Source of the DNA: Perkinsus chesapeaki ATCC PRA-425
Taxonomy: Eukaryota > Protista > Perkinsozoa
Length of the DNA stretch: 42,250 nucleotides
Assembly (NCBI GenBank): GCA_013115145.1
Contig: JAAPAO010000291.1
Span: forward strand, 1 to 42,250
Direction of reading: 5' to 3'
A program made the position numbers and the translations under genes. Positions 1 through 10,896 of this stretch are shown here, one piece after another; position 1 is the first letter of the stretch; every line of letters begins with the position of its first letter. The notes below the pieces were generated by a model. The model worked only from the letters and a program-made list of their open reading frames with translations. It was not told the origin of the DNA and ran no database searches.

Positions 1-140
1 AAAACAGGGAACTGTTGTGTACCGTCAACTTCCATCTCCGCAACTTGCAAGTGGTTATCAAGAACAATGGGTATCTCAATAATGCCACTGCCGAGTTTGG
101 AGGACAAAGCGAGGACGACGAGATGCAGACGGATGAGCAT
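1..140 (-). CDS. 5' part of a secreted pepsin-like aspartic protease (truncated by window edge)
   Basis: ATG at 140 reads MLIRLHLVVLALSSKLGSGIIEIPIVLDNHLQVAEMEVDGTQQFPV. This is a signal peptide followed by a segment aligning with FIDIPIALDDHLHLVKLTVDALPQMPIV(DTG) of the neighbouring protease. It is not in the ORF track and was translated by hand. Confidence 0.75.
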   Translation of the reverse strand, partial: MLIRLHLVVLALSSKLGSGIIEIPIVLDNHLQVAEMEVDGTQQFPV

Positions 141-687
141 CGCATTCGAGTAAATGTAACCCTAACGAGACGGTATTTTCAGTAGGCAATAAGGACCAAA
201 AATCGCCACATCTTCCGCCGAATCGCTAGTGGTCAAGCGATGAGAAGACTGCCGTCAATGAATCGACTCTCTGTAGAGCTGTCGAGGGGAAAGATTGAGA
301 AACCCGCTTGAGTGAGAACCGAAGGCAATATGTCCGCGGTCAGAGAATCATCACGGGTTATAGGTTTCACAAGATCAACGGTCCCGCCGCCGAAGCCGAA
401 CTTCCGTTACCTTGGCTTCTGAAATATTCCGTGACAACTCGACAATAAGGTATGCCTTAACAACAACATAGACATGATATAACAGTATAAGACTAATAAG
501 TAGCAATATCAGTAATGAAGTTAAATATAGTGCAGGGTTGATAAAATAAAGGTAAGTGATATGTAAATGAATCATAAAATGTAGTAGTATAATGGAGATT
601 GTAATGCTACTGTGAGTGATAGATACAAGTAGTGTAAACATGCTATTGATAAAACACGAAGTTTTCCTATCCCCTTTCGATAATTAT

Positions 688-1836
688 TTATTCCTTTACT
701 GACTTCCTCATAAGTGCTCCTTTCGAATTCTTCAGCTTGGCAAACCCAATAACAGGCCTTTCGTAAGTCCCAACCCCGTGAGGGGAAAAGTGAAGATACT
801 GACCAACTAAGGCGAAGTTCGGAATTATCCAATTGTTTTGTGAGGACTTGTCGAACTTGATATAGCAGTTAACCTGTGTCAGAGGTCTAACATAAACGGC
901 TGGGGCGATGGTAAATCGGAAAGTGCTTTGGAAGCCTCGAACGCCGAAGTGGATGTCGGGTAAGGCAGCAATATTAGCACAGGCCAGTGTGAAAATACCC
1001 TCTGGTTCGATTACGCCTAAACGCAATCCGGAGGCCTTCTCAAGATACCCACGAAATGTCTGCCAATACTGGGCTGGAACGTGCACGTAGTTGGTGCCAG
1101 TGTCGACGTAGGCCTTGTCACCAAAAGCAGGTACCCGGTTATGGTTAACGTCAACGTAGTCAATGTGGACCGCCCATTCCCAGTCATTAGTAATGGGAGC
1201 ATACTGCATCGGACGGATATACTTTTGATGATCGGAGCCCCCCATTCTTAGTAACCCTGCATACAAGTAGCTTCTCGATGGTTCGAGGTAAATTGAGAAT
1301 GACAACTCATTTACTTTACCTTTGTCGTAAAGCTGTTCTATTATTGACATGTGAGCTTCCCCATGTGGACGTAAACCCAAACCAAAGAGGGAGTGAGGCT
1401 CGCCAGACACATCTGATAAATCTTGTTTATCGCAGATGAGGCCAAATTTAAAGTCCCCAATATCGTCGTGATCGATTTCAAACATGCCGTGGTGATCAAA
1501 GATTGTTATTTCCCCCTCGTGGGGGAACCGTATAGTTCTGTTTACTTTGGGGTTGCCGGGTGCATCCGGCAGAGGATCATAACATAAAGTTCGGAGATCC
1601 CAGCATCGCTTTGGGTGGTATCGCTTTTCGTACCACTTCTGCAACACAAACATCGTCAGGGGACAGCCAGTGTCCACAATAGGCATTTGTGGCAACGCGT
1701 CAACCGTCAGTTTAACTAGGTGCAGATGATCATCCAAAGCAATAGGTATATCGATAAAGCTCTGGCAAGAGGTTAGAGATTGTACCAGGAAGAACAGGCG
1801 AAAAGGGTGCCGACGCCTGTAAAGCTTATTAGGCAT
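688..1836 (-). CDS. Intronless secreted pepsin-family (A1) aspartic protease
   Basis: ORF 688..1917, likely start M28 at 1836. It has two catalytic motifs (IVDTGC, YVDTGT), LFGLG and FSIYL...GLLRMGGSD pepsin-fold motifs, and an N-terminal hydrophobic signal. Confidence 0.92.
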   Translation of the reverse strand: MPNKLYRRRHPFRLFFLVQSLTSCQSFIDIPIALDDHLHLVKLTVDALPQMPIVDTGCPLTMFVLQKWYEKRYHPKRCWDLRTLCYDPLPDAPGNPKVNRTIRFPHEGEITIFDHHGMFEIDHDDIGDFKFGLICDKQDLSDVSGEPHSLFGLGLRPHGEAHMSIIEQLYDKGKVNELSFSIYLEPSRSYLYAGLLRMGGSDHQKYIRPMQYAPITNDWEWAVHIDYVDVNHNRVPAFGDKAYVDTGTNYVHVPAQYWQTFRGYLEKASGLRLGVIEPEGIFTLACANIAALPDIHFGVRGFQSTFRFTIAPAVYVRPLTQVNCYIKFDKSSQNNWIIPNFALVGQYLHFSPHGVGTYERPVIGFAKLKNSKGALMRKSVKE

Positions 1837-1869
1837 AGTAATACAAAGTAATGTGTAGCTACACTGAGA
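1667..1869. repeat. 203-bp tract nearly identical to 3743..3945
   Basis: Direct comparison shows only a handful of substitutions across the 5' flank, signal peptide and first DTG of the two proteases. The remainder of the two genes is clearly diverged. Confidence 0.9.
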
Positions 1870-2799
1870 CAAAATGACTACAACGAGTCCCTGATCCGGG
1901 TTCAATGAAAGTTCCACTTGCGAGGGCTAAAAAGATATGGCGGTTTAAAGGTTCGTATGACTACAAAAATACTAAAGTGTGAAACTACTCGAGAAACAGA
2001 TAGTGGGTTGCCTAGGCTACCACTGATACGTAAGCAATAGCCGCGTAACACACAAACTTTGTAATAAGAGCAGCAGCAGTCGAGCACCGTGAGCAAAAAA
2101 GTCAAGAATGTTTGTACTACAGGGTGACAGACCTCACAGGTAGTACGTCAGCTCTGTGTATCTACTGAGGCCTATGTAAGGTACAGGGGGAAATAGTAAC
2201 ACTTTACACTGATTATCTAGAAAAGCAAAGACAAGAGTCTAACTCAATTAACATGGTAACCGCCTCACGATGTTAGTTGATGACTCATTAATCTTGACTA
2301 ACTAGCTTCAACGTCTCAGCTAGAGGTGTCAGAAAAGAAGGAAATTTCAGCTTACCCGAATGAATATCAAGTCTAGAGTATGGGACCCTGGAGCGAGATC
2401 CCTATTAACAACACAAAGTCGTTGTTGTATAATACTGTACACTATTCATCTCGTAGCCAATGTACTATCCAATAGCAATATACTCAGTCATCTTTACTTC
2501 ATCTTTATTGTACTATCCTATTACAACTCGACTAGAGTGCCGAGATACGTGCCGACAAAAACAACAACATTGATATACATGACACGTTCACAATGAAGTG
2601 AAAGAAGGTTATATGAATAATGAGATAAGATATAGAATCATACTGAAAAGCAGTACGGAGCGCAGCCTAATCAATGAGGCACCTTTTCCATCGCAAATGC
2701 GAAGCTAGGACTTTTTCCACGGTGTCGCCGAAGACGTTAAAGCAAGAGCAGTGGAATATCCTTAAGCCGCTAAAGGTGAGCGTACTGCCACAAGGTAAC

Positions 2800-3912
2800 T
2801 CAACCTTTTCTCTGAGTGCGCAACTTCGCAAAGCCAATAAGCGGCTTTTTGTAATCCCCGAGGCCCTGCGGTCGAAAGTGAAGGTAGTTACCCCTCAAAG
2901 CGAAATTAGGGATAATCCACAAGTCATCTAGTGACTTTGTCAGCTTCAAAGTACAGTGACGTTGGGCAGAAGTATCAGCAAATATAGATGGTTCAACAGT
3001 AAAGCGGAATGATGTTTTTATAGCGCTTCTAATCCCCAAATGAACATCAGGTAAAGCAGGAAGTCCACCGCAGGGCATTTCAAGTGGACCTTCAACTTGA
3101 TTTGGAGAAGGAATGGTGACGTTGTCTCTCTGAAGGTATTGCCGAAATGCCTGCCAGTACTTAGCTGGTATCATCATAAAGTTAGAACCAGTATCGATAA
3201 GGGCCTTGTCACCAAATGCAGGTACCCTGTGATCGTTAATATCGACATAGTTGATGTAGAGTGCCCATTCGTGGCCAGGAGCAACCCGGAAGTACTCCAT
3301 TTGGCCGACATACCTTTGAGGATCAGCGCCTCCCAATCTTAGAAGGCCTGAAGGCGTCTTCCACGATGGTTGAAGGTAGAGCGAGAATGACAGATCGTCT
3401 ATTTTCCCTGTGGAATACAATTGCTCGAGAATCGGCCTTGACTGACCCATCTGCATACCCAAACCAAAGAGAGCGTGAGGCTCAGTACGCTCCCCGAGAT
3501 CGATTTTATCACAGATGAGGTTGAACTCTACGTCCCCAAGATTTACACCTCCGACTTCCATAATACCATGGTGATCAAAGAGCGTTATTGATGTCGTTAG
3601 GAAACGAGCTGTCCAGTTCAACTCGGGATGGACAGGTACACCAGGCATGGGATCGTAATAAAGCGTCGTGAGATCCATGGCGATCTTGGGGTGGTACTGT
3701 TTCTCATACCGCTCTCGCTACACAAACATTGTTAGAGGACCACCAGTGTCCACAATAGGCATTTGTGGCAACGCATCAACTGTCAGTTTAACTAGGTGCA
3801 GATGGCTGTCCAAAGCAATAGGTATATCGATAAAGCTCTGACAAGAGGTTAGAGATTGTACGAGGAAGAACAGGCGAAAAGGGTGCCGACGCCTGTAAAG
3901 CTTATTAGGCAT
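2800..3912 (-). pseudogene. Aspartic protease paralog interrupted by a single in-frame TAG (3718-3720)
   Basis: ORFs 3718..4011 and 2800..3678 are in the same frame: ...DTGGPLTMFV*RERYEKQYHPKIAMDL... The paralog has TTG (Leu) at this codon. Both DTG motifs are present, one on each side of the stop. Confidence 0.85.
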
Positions 3913-4596
3913 AGTAATACAAAGTAATGTGTAGCTACACTGAGAGAAAGTATATAGCTTTCCACTGGAATTAATTGAACCCCGACGACTGATTGGCTGG
4001 CAATTTACCAACCCTTATTAGCGAACCACGGAAGCGATGGGATATACGCCGCGTGGAGTAGGTCCATAGAGCGGCTTCTCTATGATGATTGTGCTAATGA
4101 AAGTTAATAAGAGCGTATCAGCACTGATAGTGACCGATATCTTAGTCACCTAATACCGATGCTATATAAGCCCAGTAAAAACAGGTGAGTCGAAGCCGTA
4201 AGGCATACGAAACGGAGAGGTTGTATAGATTATTCAGCTGTTCATTTAGCCTTCGCCAAATAGCATTGATCGCTTTACATCACTAATTGGAGGGCTATCT
4301 TCAGGCGGAGGACTAGTCGAGAGTGAGGCCGTCAATTTTACCAAAATCGTTCGATAGTAAAAATATTAATTAACCCTTCCAATATCCCACAAAAAAGATG
4401 CCGTACAACGAGCTCATGGCAGTAGGGAGGAGGGGAGAACTCAGGAAGCGCGATACAGCTCAGTTTCTCTTGCGTCGATAATGTGAGTCGCGGCAAACCC
4501 ATAAAACTCGATTCCGCCTAGCAATTGACAACACAAAGCAGTATGTTGCTGCTATGTTATGTTACACCCCTCTCATGGTCAACGACACAGCTACAG

Positions 4597-6183
4597 TCAA
4601 CTTCTGAAGGTCTCCAGTGGCGGTTTCAAAGATATCCTCCGGGGCCTCACCGTACCGGCTGTCGAGGGCCGATGGCTGTCACTGACACTACTAAACATGC
4701 TGCGATTCGATATAGTCCCTCCACACAAAGTTGTGCTCTTTTTCAACTTCACCGTATCGCCGCCGAGACCAAGTGCTTCCCCTGCCTCCCTTCGCCATTT
4801 TGCTCTCCTTGCCTCGGCTCTCGCTGCACTCCTAAGGCCTCTCGGGTGCCCAGGACGCTCTTTAACCACTGTACGGTTAACCACACTATTATTGGCAAGA
4901 CTGACAGCACTGGCAATAAGTCGACCTATATTCGGATCCTCCAGTAGCGATCTTCGGACCGTATCTTTTTCCTCGACCTCTCTCTCCTGGGATGAGCCCT
5001 CGCTAGACAGCCCGCCTGTGATGGTATCCACGAATGCCCCGAACCGCAGCATGTCCTCTTCATCAGACTGCTCCTCCTCATCTGGCAATATGGCAGCAGC
5101 ATTCCCGCCCTTAGGGCTCCCACCTCGCATCCATTCCGACCCAGACGGACTTAAGGGCGCCAGTAAGCCAGCAGCTTCATTCTCTGCGGTTCTGAGGCGC
5201 TCTACTTCACTATCCGCATAATGTACACCTTGCCGTTGGCCAGCTCTTATCGAATCCGGTAATGAAGTGAGCTTGCCGCCGTCCCTCTTCCTGGGGGAAT
5301 GCGGGGGGATGTTATCGCTCGTGTCCTTGATAATGCACACCTCTGGTGCCCTTGCGAGCCGTGCCGCCCCAAGGTCTTCATCTGTCCCAAGCTGCCCCGC
5401 CTGTCGGCTTGCAGTATCCACCATCTTCGAACAGTGTGATGCTAATAGATACTCTTTCGCCCGTCGGGGTTCTCCACCGTCATTCGGCGTCTTATATTTG
5501 CCGATCAATTTATTATTCTCAACAAGTCCCTCCTTCACTAAACCATGCCCCTTCAAAGGAGAGGCTTTTCCCTTCACAACAGTAACAACACCATTACGTG
5601 CCCGATTCACAGCATCTTTCCTACGTCCTTGCTCGGCCCCGATCATTTCAAATCTCTGTCCCTCCGCTCCTCTTCCCCTTCTATCCATGACAGGTTTATC
5701 TCCAGCGTCATCCACTTGTTTAAGTAACCTCATTATCTCACTTCTATGTTTCCTAAGTCCCTCATAATGCCGCTTGTTCCCCTCCCTCCTATACGCACCG
5801 TTCATCTCGACCAATCGCCTTTCCACAAGGCCTGAATTGGCCTTTGGAGTTCGTCTCCTTGGTTGTTCCGATAAGAGCTCCTCTGGAAGCACCTCAAGCC
5901 GTCTAGTAGGGCCATTGCCAGACTGCTGCCGGCACTGGAACACCGAGCTTATCGGACTTGACCAAAGTGCGGGTTGGGATGTCGATGAGGTGGACTGTGT
6001 TGAAGTAAATGTGGATGATTTTACCCCCTTCAGGCCCTCAGCCTCAAACGCGGTATTTTCAATATTAATTTTCATACCGCTCCTTCCTTTATTTTCGTCT
6101 GGATCTACCCCCCTCGAGTCACAGGCATTGGTAGTCCTCAAAGATATTAAATAATCATCAGAAGGGACGAAGGTCCGAAACAT
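4597..6183 (-). CDS. Intronless 528-aa hydrophilic, probably disordered hypothetical protein
   Basis: Long ORF rich in R/K/E/S/G with no recognisable domain. A pyrimidine-rich tract and AG lie just upstream of the ATG on the minus strand. Confidence 0.7.
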   Translation of the reverse strand: MFRTFVPSDDYLISLRTTNACDSRGVDPDENKGRSGMKINIENTAFEAEGLKGVKSSTFTSTQSTSSTSQPALWSSPISSVFQCRQQSGNGPTRRLEVLPEELLSEQPRRRTPKANSGLVERRLVEMNGAYRREGNKRHYEGLRKHRSEIMRLLKQVDDAGDKPVMDRRGRGAEGQRFEMIGAEQGRRKDAVNRARNGVVTVVKGKASPLKGHGLVKEGLVENNKLIGKYKTPNDGGEPRRAKEYLLASHCSKMVDTASRQAGQLGTDEDLGAARLARAPEVCIIKDTSDNIPPHSPRKRDGGKLTSLPDSIRAGQRQGVHYADSEVERLRTAENEAAGLLAPLSPSGSEWMRGGSPKGGNAAAILPDEEEQSDEEDMLRFGAFVDTITGGLSSEGSSQEREVEEKDTVRRSLLEDPNIGRLIASAVSLANNSVVNRTVVKERPGHPRGLRSAARAEARRAKWRREAGEALGLGGDTVKLKKSTTLCGGTISNRSMFSSVSDSHRPSTAGTVRPRRISLKPPLETFRS

Positions 6184-6669
6184 AATAGAAGTTGCAAGAC
6201 TAACAATAGTTATAGAAGAATTGTTCGCTCAAAAGACAGCAAAAGAAGTATTTATAAACAAAGAAGAAGAAGAGACTTCAGCGAACTCGCCTTGGGAGGC
6301 TCTAGGAGATTTCGCCGCCTCCCACAACTGAGAAGTATCTTGCTAATAAATACCAATCGTGGCTATAGGATCTCAGACCAGAGCTGTTCTCAGTGAAGTT
6401 CGATGACGCCTTCTGACCTACGAATGTTCAACGCGTAAAAATTGGCATCTGTGAGGCCAACCTAATAGCAACAATAACGATATTTCCATCAAAGGAAGCT
6501 AGAGAAGTGCCTCGCCATAGTTGGTTCATAGGAGATACATCCCCAACTACCTGAAAAGATATTTTCAAGGTTGGAATTTGGCAAGGCCTGGCAGTCTCCA
6601 AGATGCGCTTTTCCTGCAATTTGTATGAATTATTTTTCTTTTCTCCGCGCTCGCCTGTCTTATATTAAA

Positions 6670-7638
6670 ATGTTGCCTTCAACAAGGAGGATAATATCAA
6701 CCCTACCCGCAAGGCTTGTCCCTGCGGCCCTAGCTACCATCAGTCGACGTGGGCTCTGCACTACCAGACCTTTATTTGCCCAAGAAGAACCTAAACCTGA
6801 GGACCCCTCAACTGAGTCTCCTCGACCGAAGCGACCGTGGACGGCAACAAGCTTGTTCCTGTATGGGTCGGGTATAGCGGCGTCTGGCTGGGTGATGTAC
6901 TGCGCTTACCAGTCGGGTGGTAGTCCACATAAAACTGAGATAATGATTGAGGATGGCTTAAAGCGATTGCCGCTCTACAAGCCTCCGGAGAGGCCTGAGG
7001 CGGAGAAGCTCAGCAGGGTCGATCAGCATGGCCTGGATGATGCTACTATGAAGGATTTGGGAACATGGTTCATGGCCGAGGACAAAAAGGCAGTCGATGG
7101 TGTGAGCCGATCGATGGTGCTCGATTTCGTTGGGGAATCGTTGGGCTTGTTGGAGCCTGAAGAGGCCGAAATGGAGAAAGAAGATGATTTGAAGTATCCT
7201 AGATTCGGCAAAGAGATGGGCAAGAAGCTAGGTGAGGTGACAAAGGCATTTGTACACAAGGGCCATGGGCGCTTGGATGAACAAAAGAGGCAAAGCGGCT
7301 GCAGTGTGAGCGACACTGCTGAGTTCCTCTCGAGCGTTATTGCTGTTCACGGCGACGATACTGCAGATAAAGTGAGGGAAAGGCTGCATGATATTGTTGA
7401 AAAGAACTATAAAAATGTTGGACCGACGTTGTCTATATTCCAGAACCCGATGAACATACCACCGCCGCGCGAGCCGATGCCAGAGGTTGACGAGGCTGAG
7501 GCGACGAGGGCGGTGCTACAGCTGGAACTTGAACAATATGAGGCGGAGCTGGCTGATGGTGATGTTGATAAGGATAGAAAGAAATGGTTACAGAATGAGA
7601 TCGAAGTTGTTAAGGAACTATTGAAACAGAATAAGTGA
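6670..7638 (+). CDS. Hypothetical mitochondrial membrane protein (transit peptide plus one TM)
   Basis: ORF 6571..7638 (TTG start in track). ATG at 6670 gives MLPSTRRIISTLPARLVPAALATISRRGLCTTRPLF, which is Arg/Ser/Thr-rich and acid-free like a presequence. A hydrophobic segment (LFLYGSGIAASGWVMYCAY) and an acidic helical C-terminus follow. Confidence 0.72.
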   Translation: MLPSTRRIISTLPARLVPAALATISRRGLCTTRPLFAQEEPKPEDPSTESPRPKRPWTATSLFLYGSGIAASGWVMYCAYQSGGSPHKTEIMIEDGLKRLPLYKPPERPEAEKLSRVDQHGLDDATMKDLGTWFMAEDKKAVDGVSRSMVLDFVGESLGLLEPEEAEMEKEDDLKYPRFGKEMGKKLGEVTKAFVHKGHGRLDEQKRQSGCSVSDTAEFLSSVIAVHGDDTADKVRERLHDIVEKNYKNVGPTLSIFQNPMNIPPPREPMPEVDEAEATRAVLQLELEQYEAELADGDVDKDRKKWLQNEIEVVKELLKQNK

Positions 7639-8108
7639 CCTAAAGATACTATCTTAGGTTAACCTAAAGATACTCTCATAGGTTTAACCTAAAGATACTC
7701 TTAANNNNNNNNNNNNNNNNNNNNNNNNNNNNNNNNNNNNNNNNNNNNNNNNNNNNNNNNNNNNNNNNNNNNNNNNNNNNNNNNNNNNNNNNNNNNNNNN
7801 NNGGTTTTTTAAACTAAAGATAATCTTAAAGGTTTAACCTAAAGATACTCTTAAAGNNNNNNNNNNNNNNNNNNNNNNNNNNNNNNNNNNNNNNNNNNNN
7901 NNNNNNNNNNNNNNNNNNNNNNNNNNNNNNNNNNNNNNNNNNNNNNNNNNNNNNNGGTTTAACCTAAAGATACTCTTAAAGGTTTAACCTAAAGATACTC
8001 TTAAAGGTTTAACCTAAAGATACTCTTAAAGGTTTAACCTAAAGATACTCTTAAAGGTTTAACCTAAAGATACTCTTAAAGGTTTAACCTAAAGATACTC
8101 TCATAGGT
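7638..8108. repeat. 25-bp tandem minisatellite GGTTTAACCTAAAGATACTCTTAAA
   Basis: Five perfect head-to-tail units at 7956-8080, plus degenerate units on both sides. The array is interrupted by N gaps, so true copy number is unknown. Confidence 0.95.
7705..7955. other. Two assembly gaps (N runs at 7705-7802 and 7857-7955)
   Basis: N runs are visible in the sequence, and both lie inside the satellite. Confidence 0.99.
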
Positions 8109-8263
8109 CGACTTAAGGCACCCGAGCTCGGGCGATCTCTGTATGTTTGCTGATCTTATTATTTATCAAAATTGTTGACTGAGTTTCCAGAGTCTCCACT
8201 GTAGAGCTGGAAGGAATCTTTAGGTTAACTTGGTGTCATCTGATCGATAGGCTCTCTTTATTA

Positions 8264-10548
8264 ATGTCCAGCAGCGGGCCATCTGTCGAGGAGATCGGTC
8301 ATCGTCTTGGTGATGCTTATAGGGGACTTGTCAGTATGTTTTCGAAGGTCCCTACAGAATCAAAGTTTGCCACTAAAGGCACTTTAACACCTGGTAAGCA
8401 GCAGCTTAAATTGAGCAGCTTAATCTTGAACCGCTTTGCTCGGCTGGAGTTCTGCCAGCGCTTCGGGTTGCTATAAGATATCTAAGCGTTGGGTGAGGTG
8501 GATTTATTACTTCAGATGAGTTCGTAGCGGCCGGGGATGCTCTTGTGACGAAGTTCCCTACCTGGCAATGGGCACCAGCGGCCAAAGCATCTTATGAGCA
8601 GGTAAGATACAAAATAGCTCAGATTGAGTACAACTGGATGGTTAGTCGTATCTGCCAAAAGAGAAGCAATATTTGATAACGAGAGGCGTGCCTTGCTTCG
8701 CTCGAGTGAAGGACCTTGAAAATAGTGTTAAAGATATCACAGCGTAATAATAGGCGGGCTCTCACCAATTATGCCACTTTATCGAGACAGTGTAACCATA
8801 CATTTGCCAATAAAGAAAAGATATATGCCGACCATTCTACAGTATAGTTCTGCAGAACTCCGAGACCTTTCACATTGAACCCTCCTTTCCAGCTGAAGCC
8901 TTGCTGAGAAGCCACTCTTCGATTCGGCTCACCAGCGTCTATCACTGGAAACACCTTATATCAAACGTGTTACTTTTTTTCGCGAGTCATCTCAATGGCT
9001 TGCGTATTCTCATAACCACGGTCACTGTATGAATTGGTATCTGCTATGTCAGTGACTGTACTGAGGACGAGGACGGTTGGCTTCAAACTGGCGAGGCTCA
9101 GTAGGCTATCATGGCGCCGTCTGAGCAAGGCAACAATAAAGCTTCCTTTAGTCCGTCTTATGCGGTGGGTAGAGGGAATGCTAGTAAAGAAGGGGAAGAA
9201 GTTGCTGAAATAACACTGGGAGATGTGGCTCAGCCTCAGGCTACCAAGTAAGGTCACCACACGTGAAGTTGGTGGTGAGGGTTTATGGTAGGCCAGCACC
9301 GCAAGTGAGGGCTATGGTAATGGTTGAGGAGGATTATGGTGACGAAGAGGTAATTGGGTTTTGAAGGGGGAGGGATATTGGATATGTTGATAAGACTGTC
9401 TCGATAATTTCGGAAATTTGTCGCCCTAGTAGTTATAATGCATAGATATCATTTCACAGTCAAGTACAGCGTGAGGAAATATTCCCAGGGCAGCAGCTCG
9501 GGCCGAGTAAAGCACATGCTTCCAATTCTCGTATGCAATGAGTCATGTTTGCAACATGACTCATTGACTCAGCAGGCTGAGCTCTTTGCTGATATTATAG
9601 GGCTTGGGAGCCGAGGAACATGATATCTCTGTTGCGCATGCCTTCTGAGAAATTCGACCTTTTTGCCATGGAAAAATATGACTATATGACAGTACCAGTG
9701 TTTTTGGTACTTCAGGCAAACGCTGCGATATCGGCTCTAGATGAGCTAGTTGTTGGCGGTGATGCGAATGCCGATGGGGGCAGTTCTCATGTGGTAGTGC
9801 CCCCTCCCGATGAGAGTGAGGATCTCAGAAGGAGCTACGATTTAAGTATTACTTGGGATAAGGTAATTGTGTCACCGCTGTCCCCTTCAAGTGTTGGTAG
9901 TATTATCAAACTCCTCGATTGTGGTTATCTGGATTTGATCGTTTTGGTCAACCACTCGAGCCAGAAAAGATATTCGAGGATGTCCTCACCGAATACAGGA
10001 GCAAGACGGTTACCGTGGATCCCCATCCCTGCACTGGTAGGACCATTTATGCCTCTCATCTCCCTTCGTTGGGAATCGATTAGAAAGAGTAAATGGGTGA
10101 CTATGCTTGTCTGGTCGCTCCCGATTTGGGTGAGCTTTTGTTATATGAAAAAATTCTTCATCGTCGAATGTGAATATGAGCAAAGTCCTCGTAATTGTTA
10201 TTACTGAGTGAGGTATATAAGATGCGTTCATAGGTATACAGTGTGCTTCAATTCATCCCTGCCGACATGCTGAGATGATGCTTCGAGTGATACAGAGCTG
10301 GCAGGAGGCTGGAGAAAAAGTAGGCTCCATCTCCATCAGCATTGCCGCGGATGTTGGAGAAGATTCTCAGCTGATTCCTAGTCGGCTGAGATATATTGTG
10401 TTTGATCAGATCCAATCGGAGCTCGCGTTGTTAGTTTTCTTGAAGTTCATCTCGGGAGTGGTAGGGCTTCCTGAGTTTGTTAGGGTTATGGGGCTTATTT
10501 CAGGTACCCACCATCAATTATGATTTCACCGCTGATGTTAACATGTGA
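8264..10548 (+). CDS. ATG3: Autophagy E2-like conjugating enzyme ATG3 (multi-exon)
   Basis: Spliced exons give [24 protein letters not shown] (8264-8393, 8516-8601), [17 protein letters not shown] (8646-), EDEDGWLQT (9053-), [22 protein letters not shown]...KTVTVDPHP (9716-9862, 9901-10036), the catalytic ASIHPCRHA (10234-), and [17 protein letters not shown] with TGA at 10546-10548. Exons between 9100 and 9716 were not resolved. Confidence 0.93.
9536..9566. repeat. Perfect 14-bp inverted repeat with 3-nt loop in an ATG3 intron
   Basis: CAATGAGTCATGTT-TGC-AACATGACTCATTG. Confidence 0.85.
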
Positions 10549-10896
10549 ATCCACGCCCCTCCCCTCCAGCATGCTCGGCATTCTGACAATCGTCGAGTCT
10601 GTTCAATGACAATTAGAGGATCAGTCACGATTAGTTTCAGTAGTTTTTGCATTATCTTCGGAGCTTGCGTTCACAGTTGAAGTTAGTAGCGAAGGCTGAA
10701 GCATGAGCTTGAGCATTAAACTTAAATATCAATATTTCACGGTCTAACTCGTTAAATTGAATGTGCGGGACATGCCAATCTAGAAACACGATGAGTGAGA
10801 TATAGGTGTAAATGCACGGTTACGAAGTGCGTGTCTCGATCAGGCAGCTATGCGTGGGTAGGTGGCTCGACCGTATGTACTCGTGACGGTGTGCCG

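Noticed and set aside
375-641. 88-aa hydrophobic ORF
   Set aside because: It has a TTG start and AT-rich low-complexity composition, and lies in the spacer between two protease genes. The hydrophobicity is a compositional artefact.
3718-3720. TAG reassigned to a sense codon in this genome
   Set aside because: TAG terminates CFAP20 (32529-32531) and the GT-like domain (26800-26802) at the expected positions.
4080-4130. C/D-box snoRNA-like motif (ATGATGA...CTGA)
   Set aside because: It is only about 50 nt, I recognise no rRNA-complementary guide, and these short boxes occur by chance at this window size.
4190-4222. SRP RNA helix-8-like GNRA hairpins
   Set aside because: It lacks the AGCAG internal-loop consensus and the rest of the SRP structure.
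4525-6154. Long plus-strand ORFs (4525..4947, 4559..5221, 5267..5767, 5774..6154)
   Set aside because: They are antisense shadows of the 528-aa minus-strand ORF, mostly with non-ATG starts and Ser/Leu/Pro-biased composition.
7638-8108. 25-bp array as a CRISPR array or telomeric repeat
   Set aside because: Units are head-to-tail with no unique spacers, no cas genes are present, and the context is eukaryotic. The TTTAGG hexamer on the minus strand is not tandem TTTAGGG.
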